From NCBI GenBank assembly GCA_041661275.1, contig JBAZUU010000004.1:7480-71479 (forward strand): a stretch of DNA of 64,000 nucleotides. Reading direction: 5' to 3'. Numbering within the stretch: the first letter of the stretch is position 1; each line of letters begins with the position of its first letter. The DNA is from Parcubacteria group bacterium. GTDB lineage: Bacteria > Patescibacteriota > Minisyncoccia > Moranbacterales > UBA2206. The position numbers were made by a program, and so were the translations under genes. Positions 38,579-48,440 of this stretch are shown one piece after another. A model generated the notes under the pieces. The model ran no database searches. It was not told the origin of the DNA and worked only from the letters and a program-made list of their open reading frames with translations.

Positions 38579-39412
38579 ATGGCAATTAAAGTATACAAAA
38601 GAAATACAGCCGGAAGACGCAATATGTCAGTTGTGAAAGTTGATTATGTGACGAAAGGCAAGCCGGAGAAATCACTTTTGGCTAAGATAAATGAAAAGGC
38701 CGGACGATCTCATGGAACTATTTCCGTCCGTCACCAGGGCGGTGGAGCCAAGAGACGATATCGAATGGTTGATTTCATGCAGGATAAGCTTGGTGTTCCG
38801 GGGAAGGTGGCGGCTATCGAAAAAGATCCGAACCGCAGCGGATTTATCGCTCTAGTGCATTACAAAGACGGAGAAAAAAGATACATTTTGGCTGTTGAAG
38901 GAATGCGAGCTGGACAGGAAATTGTAGCTGACCAAAATGCGCCGATAAAAATTGGAAACAGAGCTAAAGTTAAAAATATTCCAGTGGGAACTATCATTTC
39001 TAATGTCGAACTATTCCCAGGGCGTGGCGGACAAGCGGTGAGAAGCGCAGGATCAGGCGCTATGCTGACAGCAGTAGATGAAAAGATGGCGCAGATAAAA
39101 CTAGCATCAGGTGAAATTAGAATCGTGAGTATTGATTGCTACGCGACCATTGGACAGGTGAGCAATTTTGAACATAGCGCAGAAACTATCGGAAAAGCCG
39201 GAAGAAAAAGACATATGGGTGTGCGACCATCAGTGCGTGGATCAGCAATGAACCCAGTTGACCATCCACATGGCGGAGGTGAAGGAAGGCAAGGAATCGG
39301 CCTCAAGCATCCGAAAACTCCGTGGGGCAAACCGGCATTAGGAAAGAAAACCAGGAAGAAAAAGAAGTATAGTAATAAATTTATAATTAGCCGAAGACAG
39401 AAGAGGAAATAA
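38579..39412 (+). CDS. rplB: 50S ribosomal protein L2
   Basis: conserved L2 sequence. Confidence 0.95.
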   Translation: MAIKVYKRNTAGRRNMSVVKVDYVTKGKPEKSLLAKINEKAGRSHGTISVRHQGGGAKRRYRMVDFMQDKLGVPGKVAAIEKDPNRSGFIALVHYKDGEKRYILAVEGMRAGQEIVADQNAPIKIGNRAKVKNIPVGTIISNVELFPGRGGQAVRSAGSGAMLTAVDEKMAQIKLASGEIRIVSIDCYATIGQVSNFEHSAETIGKAGRKRHMGVRPSVRGSAMNPVDHPHGGGEGRQGIGLKHPKTPWGKPALGKKTRKKKKYSNKFIISRRQKRK

Positions 39413-39421
39413 TTTAAGTAT

Positions 39422-39760
39422 ATGACAAGAAGTTTGAAAAAAGGGCCATATATAGATGAAAGGCTCATCAAAAAAGTTAAGGATAAAAAGCCTGGAGATC
39501 GTACACCGATCAAGACTTGGGCGAGGGCGGCTGTCATTTCTCCTGAAATGGTAGGACATACCTTTGCTGTGCATAATGGAAAGATTTTTATTCCGGTTCT
39601 CGCGACAGAACAGATGGTGGGGCACAGGTTAGGAGAGTTTTCTGCGACCAGAAAATTTGTCCGGCACGGAGGAAAGATGCAGAAGGAACTGGAAATAGCG
39701 GCTAAGCAAAAAGAGGTGGAAGCGTCGAAAGCGACCAAGGCCGAACCGGCGAAGAAATAA
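39422..39760 (+). CDS. rpsS: 30S ribosomal protein S19
   Basis: conserved S19 with a K/E-rich C-terminal tail. Confidence 0.95.
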   Translation: MTRSLKKGPYIDERLIKKVKDKKPGDRTPIKTWARAAVISPEMVGHTFAVHNGKIFIPVLATEQMVGHRLGEFSATRKFVRHGGKMQKELEIAAKQKEVEASKATKAEPAKK

Positions 39761-39761
39761 A

Positions 39762-39836
39762 TCGCATAACACATAACACATAACACATAACATCGGATTC
39801 GTATTTTGTTCCATGTTACGTGCTACGGGTTACGTG
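39762..39836. repeat. intergenic repeat family D (cataacacataac x4 ... gttccatgttacgtgctacgggttacgtg) abutting the rplV start
   Basis: same block structure as 29185-29260 and 62372-62451. Confidence 0.55.
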
Positions 39837-40412
39837 ATGAATATGAAAGTTACAGCAAAACTAGACAATTTGCGAATAGCTCCCAGAAAGACTAAGCTGG
39901 TGGCTGATCTCATCAAAGGACTCGACACGAAAGTGGCTCTTGATCAGTTGGATATGGAAGTAAAAAGAACTAGCCCCTATATGAAAAAATTGCTTTTAAG
40001 CGCTGTGGCTAACGCAGAAAATAATTTTGGTTTAGATAAGGACAATCTATACGTAGAAGATGTTGTTATCGGGGCAGGCCCGATACTCAAGCGTTGGATG
40101 CCAAGAGCCTATGGCCGCGCGGCGCAAATTTTGAAAAGAACATCAAAAATTACCATAGTTCTCGAAGAAAGAGTCGAAGGCAAAGGCCGAAAAACTAAGG
40201 AAGAGATGGCCAAGATTATGGAGAAAAGGCTGAAAGACAAGAAAAAGGAAGAAAAAGAACGGGCGGAAGTTGAAGGCAAGGAACCCGCCTCGACTCGTGG
40301 AGACGATCACTCGTCGATGCGAGGCGGGGAAAAAGAAACGGAAAATATCAAAAAAGACAGTGGTGGAGGAAAAAGCTGGGGGAGTAAGATATTCAGAAGA
40401 AAGTCGATGTAG
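39837..40412 (+). CDS. rplV: 50S ribosomal protein L22 with a long K/E/G-rich C-terminal extension
   Basis: KLDNLRIAPRKTKLVADLIKG core; about 80 extra C-terminal residues. Confidence 0.85.
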   Translation: MNMKVTAKLDNLRIAPRKTKLVADLIKGLDTKVALDQLDMEVKRTSPYMKKLLLSAVANAENNFGLDKDNLYVEDVVIGAGPILKRWMPRAYGRAAQILKRTSKITIVLEERVEGKGRKTKEEMAKIMEKRLKDKKKEEKERAEVEGKEPASTRGDDHSSMRGGEKETENIKKDSGGGKSWGSKIFRRKSM

Positions 40413-40417
40413 GTTTA

Positions 40418-40508
40418 GTTAAAAAGTAAAAAGTAAAAGTTAAAAGTAAAGAAAAAATTAAACAGCTTCAAATATTTTGGACTTTTAATTTTTAACTTTT
40501 AACTTGAG
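40418..40508. repeat. AT-rich palindrome (ttaaaaagtaaaaagtaaaagttaaaagt ... acttttaatttttaacttttaa) between rplV and rpsC
   Basis: inverted repeat read directly. Confidence 0.5.
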
Positions 40509-40518
40509 CGAAGCGAAC

Positions 40519-41181
40519 ATGGGAAATAAAGTAAATCCAGTCGGACTTCGAATAGGAATAACTCAAGGCTGGAAGTCCAAGTGGTTTTCTAAAAAAGAAT
40601 ATAAGACTAATCTGCGGCAGGATCTGGAAATCCGTACTTTCGTCATGAAAAAATGGAAGAACGCTTCTATCGCTGAAGTGGAAATAGAAAGATCAGCTGC
40701 GGCTGTCAGAATTATTATCAAGACTGCCCGTCCCGGAGTTCTGATTGGTCGGGGAGGAAGTGGTATTGAAGATGTCAAAAAGCAGCTTCAGGATAAGTTT
40801 TTCAAAAGTAACAAGAAGTTGAATTTAAAAATAGAAGTGCAGGAAGTGAAGAATTTTGAAGAATCCGCGCAGCTTGTTGCTCAAAACGTGGCAGAACAGT
40901 TGGAAAAAAGAATGCCATTCAGAAGAGTGTTGAAAAGCATGCTGGAACAAGTGATGAAGAATAACACAGTAAAGGGAGTGAAAATAGAAGTGGCGGGTCG
41001 GCTTGGTGGCGCTGAAATGTCCAGGCGTGAGTGGTCAGCCAAAGGAACATTGCCTCTGCACACTCTGCGCGCTGACATTGATTTTGCCAGAACTACCGGA
41101 TATACCACTTATGGGACGCTGGGAGTGAAAGTTTGGATATACAAAGGAGAAGTATTTAATAAAGTTAAGACTGAAAGATAA
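40519..41181 (+). CDS. rpsC: 30S ribosomal protein S3
   Basis: [14 protein letters not shown]... conserved. Confidence 0.95.
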   Translation: MGNKVNPVGLRIGITQGWKSKWFSKKEYKTNLRQDLEIRTFVMKKWKNASIAEVEIERSAAAVRIIIKTARPGVLIGRGGSGIEDVKKQLQDKFFKSNKKLNLKIEVQEVKNFEESAQLVAQNVAEQLEKRMPFRRVLKSMLEQVMKNNTVKGVKIEVAGRLGGAEMSRREWSAKGTLPLHTLRADIDFARTTGYTTYGTLGVKVWIYKGEVFNKVKTER

Positions 41182-41186
41182 AACCG

Positions 41187-41597
41187 ATGTTGATGCCCAA
41201 GAAAGTAAAACATAGAAAGATTCAACGAGGCGGAGCGATCCGCGGGAATGCTAATCGTGGAAACACTTTGAGCTTTGGCAGTTATGGCCTGAAATCGTTG
41301 GAAGCGGGACTAGTTTCTTCAAGACAAATTGAGGCATCACGTCGCGCTATGACCAGATATATCCAGCGTGGTGGAAAAATTTGGATTAGAATATTTCCGG
41401 ATAAGCCGATGACTAAAAAAGGTGATGAAACTCCGATGGGAAAAGGAAAAGGATCTGTCGATCATTTTGTGGCAGTAGTAAAACCCGGAAGAGTGGTATT
41501 TGAAATGGACGGAGTAAAGAAGGAAATTGCAGTGGAAGCAATGAGACTAGCGGCCTATAAATTAAATGTAAAGACGAAATTTATCAGCAAGGAATAA
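41187..41597 (+). CDS. rplP: 50S ribosomal protein L16
   Basis: [15 protein letters not shown] conserved. Confidence 0.95.
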   Translation: MLMPKKVKHRKIQRGGAIRGNANRGNTLSFGSYGLKSLEAGLVSSRQIEASRRAMTRYIQRGGKIWIRIFPDKPMTKKGDETPMGKGKGSVDHFVAVVKPGRVVFEMDGVKKEIAVEAMRLAAYKLNVKTKFISKE

Positions 41598-41608
41598 AAT
41601 TAAAAAGC

Positions 41609-41797
41609 ATGAAAGTAAAAGAATTAAGAGAAAAAGGAATAGAGGAGCTCAAAAAGCTTTTAGCGGAAAAGAGAGAAATTGTCCGAAAAGCCAGATTTGA
41701 TATGGCAACGAAGCAGGTGAAAAATAACCGTCAGAAAAGAAATGAGAAGAGAGATATTGCCAGAATTATCACATTAATAAAAGAGAAGAAACAATAA
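41609..41797 (+). CDS. rpmC: 50S ribosomal protein L29
   Basis: MKVKELREKGIEELKKLLAEKREIVRKARF conserved. Confidence 0.85.
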   Translation: MKVKELREKGIEELKKLLAEKREIVRKARFDMATKQVKNNRQKRNEKRDIARIITLIKEKKQ

Positions 41798-41798
41798 T

Positions 41799-42041
41799 AT
41801 GGAAAAGAATAATAATATTAGTGCTAAGAAAAAAGGAATTGTTGTCAGTGACAAAATGGCCAAAACCATTGTTGTGGCCGTGACTGAATTCAAGACTCAT
41901 CCCAAGTACAAGAAAAAATACAAATCAACCAACAGATATAAGGTTCATGATGAAGATAATAAGTATAAAGTTGGGGATGTTGTCGAGATCGTCCCGACTA
42001 AACCGATGAGCAAGGAGAAATTTTATAAAGTGACGACGTAG
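41799..42041 (+). CDS. rpsQ: 30S ribosomal protein S17
   Basis: conserved S17 sequence. Confidence 0.9.
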   Translation: MEKNNNISAKKKGIVVSDKMAKTIVVAVTEFKTHPKYKKKYKSTNRYKVHDEDNKYKVGDVVEIVPTKPMSKEKFYKVTT

Positions 42042-42096
42042 TCGTCATCCTGAGCGAAGTCCTGCTGAAAAGCAGGATGAAGTCGAAGGATCTATA
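42032..42096. repeat. family A hairpin element, short form, between rpsQ and rplN
   Basis: tgacgacgtagtcgtca palindrome + cgtcatcctgagcgaagtcctgctgaaaagcaggatgaagtcgaaggatct; nearly identical to 38505-38565. Confidence 0.8.
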
Positions 42097-42103
42097 CAAA
42101 TAT

Positions 42104-42469
42104 ATGATACAAGCAGAATCAAAACTAGTCGTAGCTGATAATTCTGGTGCCAAGATCATCGAGTGTTTCAAGGTGCTTGGCGGTTCAAGAAGGCGATATG
42201 CTGGTCTGGGTGATGTTATCGTGGCTTCCGTAAAGTCATCAGAACCTCGCGGAACAGTCAAAAAAGGCGAGGTAGTGAAAGCGGTGATAGTGAGACAACG
42301 AAAGGAATTTAGAAGAAAAGATGGTTCATATATCCGATTTGATGAAAATGCAGCGGTAATTGTTGACGGGAAAGATCCAAAAGGAACAAGAATTTTTGGG
42401 CCTATCGCGCGAGAATTGCGAGACCGGGGATATAGCAAGATAATTTCACTCGCTCCGGAAGTATTGTAA
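42104..42469 (+). CDS. rplN: 50S ribosomal protein L14
   Basis: [17 protein letters not shown] conserved; the ORF-track ATG at 42077 lies inside the repeat element. Confidence 0.95.
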   Translation: MIQAESKLVVADNSGAKIIECFKVLGGSRRRYAGLGDVIVASVKSSEPRGTVKKGEVVKAVIVRQRKEFRRKDGSYIRFDENAAVIVDGKDPKGTRIFGPIARELRDRGYSKIISLAPEVL

Positions 42470-42470
42470 T

Positions 42471-42552
42471 CTTTACTAATTACTAATTTTGTAAGAATAT
42501 ACCGATTGCGAATAAAGATTAGTATATTAGTATAAGATTCGTAATTAGTAAA
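42471..42552. repeat. family C palindromic element (ctttactaattactaatt ... aattagtaaag) between rplN and rplX
   Basis: near-identical copy at 44176-44262. Confidence 0.75.
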
Positions 42553-42572
42553 GAATAATTCATATTAAATTC

Positions 42573-42875
42573 ATGAAGATAAAAAAGAACGATATCGTGA
42601 TAATGCTTTCAGGAAAAGACCGCGGAAAAACGGGCAAGGTTTTGCGAGTGGTTGAGAAAGGAAAGGTTACGGTAGAAAATTTAAATACAGTCAAAAAACA
42701 TAAACGTCCCAGACGAGAAGGAGAAAAAGGTCAGCGAGTAGAAATCCCGAGATTGGTAGATATATCAAAAGTAGCGCTTGTTTGTCCGAAATGCGGAAAA
42801 GCGACAAGGATCGGCTATAAAATTTCAGGAGAGATAAAATCAAGATTTTGTAAAAAGTGTAAGAGTGAGATATAA
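42573..42875 (+). CDS. rplX: 50S ribosomal protein L24 with a C-terminal CxxC...CxxC zinc-ribbon tail
   Basis: KOW motif MLSGKDRGKTGKV; C-terminal CPKCGK...CKKCK. Confidence 0.85.
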   Translation: MKIKKNDIVIMLSGKDRGKTGKVLRVVEKGKVTVENLNTVKKHKRPRREGEKGQRVEIPRLVDISKVALVCPKCGKATRIGYKISGEIKSRFCKKCKSEI

Positions 42876-42879
42876 AATA

Positions 42880-43422
42880 ATGGAAAATATTCGAGAAAAA
42901 TATTATAAAAAAGCCCTGCCGACAATGAAAAAAGAATTCGGGCTCAAAAATGACCTGGAAGTTCCTAGAATCACCAAGGTGGTTGTTAATACTGGAATAG
43001 GAAAATTTATCAAAGACTCTTCTTCTGTTGAGGAAATTCAAAAAGCCTTGACCGCTGTTACAGGACAAAAAGCGATAATGGTGAAAACCAGAAAGTCTAT
43101 TGCCGGATTCAAGACAAGAGCGGGACTGGAAGTGGGAGTGAAAGTGACTCTTCGTGGTCCTCGAATGTGGAGCTTTTTGGAAAAATTAGTCGGAGCTGCT
43201 ATGCCTCGCATCCGGGACTTCAGAGGAATTAAGCTGACATCAGTGGATAGCAATGGTAATTTAAACATTGGCCTCAAAGAACATACGATTTTTCCGGAAA
43301 TTTTGCCGGAGTCAGTGAAAAATATTTTCAGTTTGCAAGTGAATGTTACCACTAACGTAAGAAATAGAGATATGGGAATAGCATTATTTAGAAATTTAGG
43401 TTTTCCAATAGAGCATAAGTAA
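42880..43422 (+). CDS. rplE: 50S ribosomal protein L5
   Basis: conserved L5 sequence. Confidence 0.95.
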   Translation: MENIREKYYKKALPTMKKEFGLKNDLEVPRITKVVVNTGIGKFIKDSSSVEEIQKALTAVTGQKAIMVKTRKSIAGFKTRAGLEVGVKVTLRGPRMWSFLEKLVGAAMPRIRDFRGIKLTSVDSNGNLNIGLKEHTIFPEILPESVKNIFSLQVNVTTNVRNRDMGIALFRNLGFPIEHK

Positions 43423-43444
43423 TAAGAAATAGTTGTTAAATTTT

Positions 43445-43630
43445 ATGGCAAAGAAATCCGTAGAAGCAAGAGCAAGAAAAAAACCGAAATTCTCAACAAG
43501 AATAGTCAGGCGCTGTTGGAAGTGCGGAAGAAAACACGGTTATCTTCGTCAGTTTGACATTTGCCGGATTTGCTTTCGGGAATTAGCCAGTACCGGTCAG
43601 ATTCCGGGAGTAAAAAAGTCCTCATGGTAG
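43445..43630 (+). CDS. rpsN: 30S ribosomal protein S14 type Z (61 aa, zinc-binding)
   Basis: [20 protein letters not shown] conserved. Confidence 0.9.
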   Translation: MAKKSVEARARKKPKFSTRIVRRCWKCGRKHGYLRQFDICRICFRELASTGQIPGVKKSSW

Positions 43631-43742
43631 TCTACGAATTACGAATTAGTACGAATGTAACGAAATACGAATAGTAGTAAATGTGACAAAAGTTAAATTC
43701 AATTATTGTTCGTACATTCGTAAAGGTTCGTAATTCGTAGAC
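43631..43742. repeat. 112-bp palindromic element of family B between rpsN and rpsH
   Basis: arms identical to 30568-30677 with a different loop. Confidence 0.8.
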
Positions 43743-43769
43743 CAAGAGATTAAATTAAACTAATCAAAT

Positions 43770-44171
43770 ATGGATAAAATTGCAGAAATGCTAACATCAA
43801 TAAGGAACGCCCAGATGGCCGGGCACAAGGAAGCGAAAATAAGCGCCTCCAAGTTGAAGTTGGCCGTGGCCAAGATCCTGGAAAAAGAAGGCTTTTTAGA
43901 ATTTGCCAATGTGGAGCAGGAAAATAATTTCAATGTGATAAAGGTCGGGCTGAAATACCATACGATCTCCCGGACAAAAAGGCTGCCGGCGATAAACGGA
44001 TTGGAAAGGGTGAGTAAAGAAGGACAAAGAGTATATATAAAGAAAAAAGACATAAGAAATGTAAAAAATAATTACGGTTTAGCTATTATTTCCACTTCCA
44101 AGGGCGTAATGACCGGAGAAGAATCTAAAAAACTCGGCTTGGGAGGGGAATATATATGTAAAGTCTGGTAG
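43770..44171 (+). CDS. rpsH: 30S ribosomal protein S8
   Basis: conserved S8 sequence. Confidence 0.95.
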   Translation: MDKIAEMLTSIRNAQMAGHKEAKISASKLKLAVAKILEKEGFLEFANVEQENNFNVIKVGLKYHTISRTKRLPAINGLERVSKEGQRVYIKKKDIRNVKNNYGLAIISTSKGVMTGEESKKLGLGGEYICKVW

Positions 44172-44175
44172 TAAT

Positions 44176-44262
44176 TCTTTACTAATTACTAATTTTGTAC
44201 GAATATACCAATTACGAATAAAAAAATTAGTATATTAGTATAAGATTCGTAATTAGTAAAGA
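44176..44262. repeat. family C palindromic element between rpsH and rplF
   Basis: copy of 42471-42552. Confidence 0.75.
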
Positions 44263-44291
44263 AAGAAATTAACTAAAAATCAGGAAATTAT

Positions 44292-44846
44292 ATGAGCAAG
44301 ATCGGCAGAAAATTAATAACTATTCCAGAAGGCGTGGAAGTCAAGATTGATGGACAAGTTCTGGAGGCTAAAGGTTCAAAAGGAACACTGTCTTTGATCA
44401 TTAACTCAAAAGCAAAGGTGGAAATTGAAGGCAAAGAAATAAAAGTTACCAAAGGCGACCTCGATGATTCTTCCAGAGAATCGGGAGCGGTTTGGGGACT
44501 GACCCGGTCGCTGGTAAATAATATAATCATTGGTGTGTCTCAGGGTTACCAAAAAAAATTAGAACTGCAGGGAGTAGGCTTTCGGATGAGTGTTCAGGGA
44601 AAGAAAATTGTTTTGGCGCTCGGTTTTTCTCATCCGGTAGAAAAGGAGATTTCTGAAGGACTCGAGGCAAAAATAGAAGAAAATAATGTTTTGAGCATTA
44701 CTGGAATAGACAAGCAAAAAGTTGGCCAATTTGCGGCCGAAGTACGATCTTTGAAACCTGTCGAACCATACAAAGGAAAAGGATTTAGATATCAGGGAGA
44801 AAAAGTAAGAAGAAAAGCGGGAAAGAAAGCGGCCACCGCGAAATAA
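44292..44846 (+). CDS. rplF: 50S ribosomal protein L6
   Basis: conserved L6 sequence. Confidence 0.95.
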   Translation: MSKIGRKLITIPEGVEVKIDGQVLEAKGSKGTLSLIINSKAKVEIEGKEIKVTKGDLDDSSRESGAVWGLTRSLVNNIIIGVSQGYQKKLELQGVGFRMSVQGKKIVLALGFSHPVEKEISEGLEAKIEENNVLSITGIDKQKVGQFAAEVRSLKPVEPYKGKGFRYQGEKVRRKAGKKAATAK

Positions 44847-44849
44847 AAC

Positions 44850-44931
44850 GATGCTAATCCACGAATAAAGGCGAATCTGCTAATCGCTAATTCGCAATTA
44901 GCGGATTAGTATATATTAGCAGATTAGCATC
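44850..44931. repeat. nested palindrome (gatgctaatc...gattagcatc) between rplF and rplR, related to family C
   Basis: perfect outer 10-bp inverted repeat and an inner ctaatcgctaatt/aattagcggattag pair; shares the gattagtatatattag core with family C. Confidence 0.65.
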
Positions 44932-44944
44932 ACTTGAAAAAATT

Positions 44945-45289
44945 ATGAAAAATAGTAGAAACAATTTAAGACTCCATAGAAAAAGGCGCATTCGAGCCAA
45001 GGTTTCCGGTACGGCTAAAAAACCGAGACTGGCGGTCTTTAAGAGTCTTATGAGTATCGAAGCCCAACTGATCGATGATGCGAAAGGAATAACTTTGCTT
45101 CACAGTCACAGCAAGAATTTGAAGATTAAAAACGGTATCGAGGGAGCTAAAAAAGTTGGGACGGATATTGCTAAAAAAGCTCTCGCTAAAAAGATCACTG
45201 AAGCGGTTTTTGATAGAGGCGGATATAAATATCACGGAAAAGTAAAAGCGGTGGCGGAAGGCGCGCGAGAAGGTGGACTTAAGTTCTAA
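44945..45289 (+). CDS. rplR: 50S ribosomal protein L18
   Basis: conserved L18 sequence. Confidence 0.9.
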   Translation: MKNSRNNLRLHRKRRIRAKVSGTAKKPRLAVFKSLMSIEAQLIDDAKGITLLHSHSKNLKIKNGIEGAKKVGTDIAKKALAKKITEAVFDRGGYKYHGKVKAVAEGAREGGLKF

Positions 45290-45306
45290 ATTATACGTTT
45301 ATATTT

Positions 45307-45810
45307 ATGGCGAGAGACAATAGCAGAAAATTTAAGGGAAAAAGAGAAAAGCCGGAATTTGACCAGAAGCTTTTGGATTTGGCGCGCGTTACCCGTGTGG
45401 TCAAGGGCGGAAGACGTTTTCGTTTTCGAGCGACCTTGGTTATCGGCAATAAGCGCGGCAAAGTAGGTGTCGGAGTCGGGAAGGGTGGAGATGTTTCTGA
45501 TGCTATCAAAAAAGCCTATGATGACGCCAGAAAGCATATGGTTATTGTTCCTATGAAGGATAATACTATTGCTCATGATATTTTCCATAAGAAAGGAAGC
45601 GCCAAGATTATGTTGAAGCCTGCTCACAAAGGAAGAGGAATAGTGGCTGGCGGAGCGGTGCGCGCAGTGGTAGAGTTTTCCGGAATAAAGGATATTGTTT
45701 CGAAATCACTCGGAACATCAAATAAGATCAATGTGGCGAGGGCTACTATTGAAGCGTTAGAGATGCTTAATTATTCAAGACTAAGAAAAATAAATCAGGA
45801 AGGAAATTAG
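45307..45810 (+). CDS. rpsE: 30S ribosomal protein S5
   Basis: conserved S5 sequence. Confidence 0.95.
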   Translation: MARDNSRKFKGKREKPEFDQKLLDLARVTRVVKGGRRFRFRATLVIGNKRGKVGVGVGKGGDVSDAIKKAYDDARKHMVIVPMKDNTIAHDIFHKKGSAKIMLKPAHKGRGIVAGGAVRAVVEFSGIKDIVSKSLGTSNKINVARATIEALEMLNYSRLRKINQEGN

Positions 45811-45933
45811 TTTATTGGAAATCAAAAATTAGTTCCAGAAATTGGAAAAGGGAAAATAGAATTTCATCTTTCCAGTTTCTAATTTCCTGAACCATTTTCA
45901 AATTTCTATTAAACTATTTTCTAAAAAATAATT
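45811..45933. repeat. family F imperfect palindromic element between rpsE and rplO (where rpmD/L30 would normally sit)
   Basis: related to 25590-25735. Confidence 0.5.
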
Positions 45934-46359
45934 ATGCAATTACATTCACTAAAATTAAAGATGAAGCGCAAAAAAAGAAAGACTATCGGACGTGGCGGGA
46001 AAAAGGGGACATATTCCGGAAAAGGAATGAAGGGACAAAAGGCGCGTAGCGGGGCTCACGTTAAACCTATGTTTGAAGGTGGACGTTCAACTTTGATCGA
46101 TCACATGAAAAAGAAACGAGGGTTCAGATCTCCTCATGCCAAAAAAGTGATCGTGAAATTGTCGGCAATCGACAAAAAATTTAAGGATGGGGACGAGATT
46201 AATGCCGAGGCTTTGATAAAAGCAGGTTTAATTGATAAGATAGAGGCGAGGAACGGAATTAAAATCCTGGGTGGCGGAAAAGAGACAAGCAAAAAATTCA
46301 CTTTTGATAAGAAAATATTTCTTAGCGGTTCTGTTTCAAAGTCCCTAAAGAAAGCATGA
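45934..46359 (+). CDS. rplO: 50S ribosomal protein L15
   Basis: conserved L15 sequence. Confidence 0.9.
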   Translation: MQLHSLKLKMKRKKRKTIGRGGKKGTYSGKGMKGQKARSGAHVKPMFEGGRSTLIDHMKKKRGFRSPHAKKVIVKLSAIDKKFKDGDEINAEALIKAGLIDKIEARNGIKILGGGKETSKKFTFDKKIFLSGSVSKSLKKA

Positions 46360-47633
46360 AAGAAAAATTAATCCAAATATTTAAAATTCCAGAGTTGCGG
46401 AATAAGATATTTTTTATTCTAGCTCTTTTGGTTGTCTTCAGATTGGCTGCCAATGTTCCTATTCCTGGAATTGATCAAGAGCGCCTCAAATCTTTCTTTC
46501 AAGGCAATGAATTTTTCGGACTTCTTAATATGTTTTCTGGCCGCGGGCTCTCCAGTATTTCTATCGTGATGCTTGGAGTCGGTCCATACATCACTTCTTC
46601 CATCATCATGCAGCTTTTGACCATGATCTTCCCGAGACTTGAGCAAATATACAAAGAAGAAGGAGAAGCAGGCAGACAAAAATTCAATCAATATACACGT
46701 TGGATCACTGTGCCATTGGCTGCTATGCAGACTTTCGGAATGATCGCTCTTTTCCGGTCACAGGGAATAATCGCAACACTTTCAGCGTTTGATATGGCAA
46801 CAATGATAACTATCGCAGTCGCTGGAACGATATTTCTTATGTGGTTAGGAGAACTGATCACCGAAAAAAACATTGGCAATGGTGTGTCGCTCATCATCTT
46901 TGCCGGAATAGTTTCCGGCATTCCTTCATCTATTGCCCGACTTTTTGCGACGTCTGATTCTTCCAAGCTTTTTTCCTATCTTATTCTGGGAGCGATTGTC
47001 ATTTTGGCTATCGGAGCAGTGGTTTATGTGACCGAAGGACAGAGAAATATTCCGGTGGCTTATGCCAAAAGGATACGGGGAAACAAGATGTATGGTGGAA
47101 CCTCCACGCATCTTCCTCTTCGCATCAATCAGGCCGGAGTAATTCCGATAATTTTTGCGCTTTCTATCATGCTTTTTCCCGGAATGATCGCCAATTTTTT
47201 GGCGACCAAATATTCCGGCGCGGCTATCGCGGGGATCGCTTCAAAAGCGGCAATCATTCTTTCTCCGACTTCCTGGGTCTATTGGCTTCTTTATTTCTTG
47301 CTGGTAGTCGCTTTTACCTATTTTTATACAGCTGTTGTCTTTGATCCTAATAAAATATCAGAAAGTCTCCAGAAAAACGGAGGGTATGTTCCCGGAATCC
47401 GTCCCGGAAAAAATACGGCCGAATATCTCTATCGCATTATGAACCGAGTTACCCTTTCCGGCGCGGCTTTTTTGGGACTCATTGCTGTTTTGCCATTCAT
47501 TGTCCAAAGTTTCACCAGTATCGGACAGATCTCCATCGGCGGCACCGGACTTTTGATTGTTGTATCCGTTGTCATTGAAACAATGAAACAGATTGAAGGA
47601 CAACTTGTCATGCGTGATTATGAAGGGTTTTAA
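46356..47633 (+). CDS. secY: preprotein translocase subunit SecY
   Basis: 10-TM architecture with conserved SecY blocks. Confidence 0.95.
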   Translation: MKEKLIQIFKIPELRNKIFFILALLVVFRLAANVPIPGIDQERLKSFFQGNEFFGLLNMFSGRGLSSISIVMLGVGPYITSSIIMQLLTMIFPRLEQIYKEEGEAGRQKFNQYTRWITVPLAAMQTFGMIALFRSQGIIATLSAFDMATMITIAVAGTIFLMWLGELITEKNIGNGVSLIIFAGIVSGIPSSIARLFATSDSSKLFSYLILGAIVILAIGAVVYVTEGQRNIPVAYAKRIRGNKMYGGTSTHLPLRINQAGVIPIIFALSIMLFPGMIANFLATKYSGAAIAGIASKAAIILSPTSWVYWLLYFLLVVAFTYFYTAVVFDPNKISESLQKNGGYVPGIRPGKNTAEYLYRIMNRVTLSGAAFLGLIAVLPFIVQSFTSIGQISIGGTGLLIVVSVVIETMKQIEGQLVMRDYEGF

Positions 47634-47642
47634 ATTTTTTTT

Positions 47643-48293
47643 ATGAATATTGTTATTCTTGGTCCGCAAGGCAGCGGTAAAGATACGCAAGCGGAAAAAA
47701 TAGCGGAAAAATTCCATCTGGAAATCATTCATATGGGGAAGTTTTTGCGCGAAGTGGCGAAGCAGGATACGCCGCTTGGGAAAGAGGTGTATCATTACCA
47801 AAATGAGATAAACGAAATGGTGCCTTCACGGATTTTGAAAGAAGTTCTGCATATGAAAATTATGTCTTATTCCCGCGAGCAGGGAATTATGTTTGAGGGA
47901 GTGCCAAGAACTATGGATCAGGCTCTTTACTTTGATGAAGCAGTTTTGGAATCAGGCCGGAAGATCGATGCTGTAATCAACCTTAAATTGTCAGAGGAAG
48001 AAGCGGTCAAGCGAATTTCCATAAGAAGAATTTGTGAAAAATGCAAAAAACTATATATTTTAGGAAAAGATATAGAAGAGGGAGAAAATTGTCCTGATTG
48101 TGGTGGAAACATTATCCAGCGGATTGATGATACTGATGCGGGAATCAAAAAAAGACTAGAAGTATTCAATAAAGAAACTCTGCCGGTAATCGAGCATTAC
48201 AAAAAGAAAGGAAATCTGGTAGAAATAAACGGCGATCAATCGATCGAAAAAGTTTTTGAAGAAATTATTGGAAAATTAAAAAGCGTAGAGTAA
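47643..48293 (+). CDS. adk: adenylate kinase (zinc-lid form)
   Basis: GPQGSGKDTQ P-loop; LID with CxxC...CxxC. Confidence 0.9.
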   Translation: MNIVILGPQGSGKDTQAEKIAEKFHLEIIHMGKFLREVAKQDTPLGKEVYHYQNEINEMVPSRILKEVLHMKIMSYSREQGIMFEGVPRTMDQALYFDEAVLESGRKIDAVINLKLSEEEAVKRISIRRICEKCKKLYILGKDIEEGENCPDCGGNIIQRIDDTDAGIKKRLEVFNKETLPVIEHYKKKGNLVEINGDQSIEKVFEEIIGKLKSVE

Positions 48294-48436
48294 CCCGTCA
48301 TTCTGAGCGAAATGACGACGACGTTAGTCGGAGGAATGAAGTCGAAGAATCTGCCAAAAGTTAGCACTGGTGGTAATTTATAGTAGATCCTTCGACTACG
48401 TCCAATAAGAATTGGACTTCGCTCAGGATGACGTAT
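48294..48436. repeat. family A element, full-length (about 140-bp inverted duplication), between adk and map
   Basis: left arm cgtcattctgagcg...gaagtcgaagaatct; right arm agatccttcgactacgt...cgctcaggatgacg. Confidence 0.85.
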
Positions 48437-48440
48437 TATT

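Noticed and set aside
42077-42103. ATG at 42077 as the rplN start (from the ORF track)
   Set aside because: That ATG is part of the family A repeat (atgaagtcgaaggatct). The conserved L14 N-terminus MIQAESK begins at ATG 42104.
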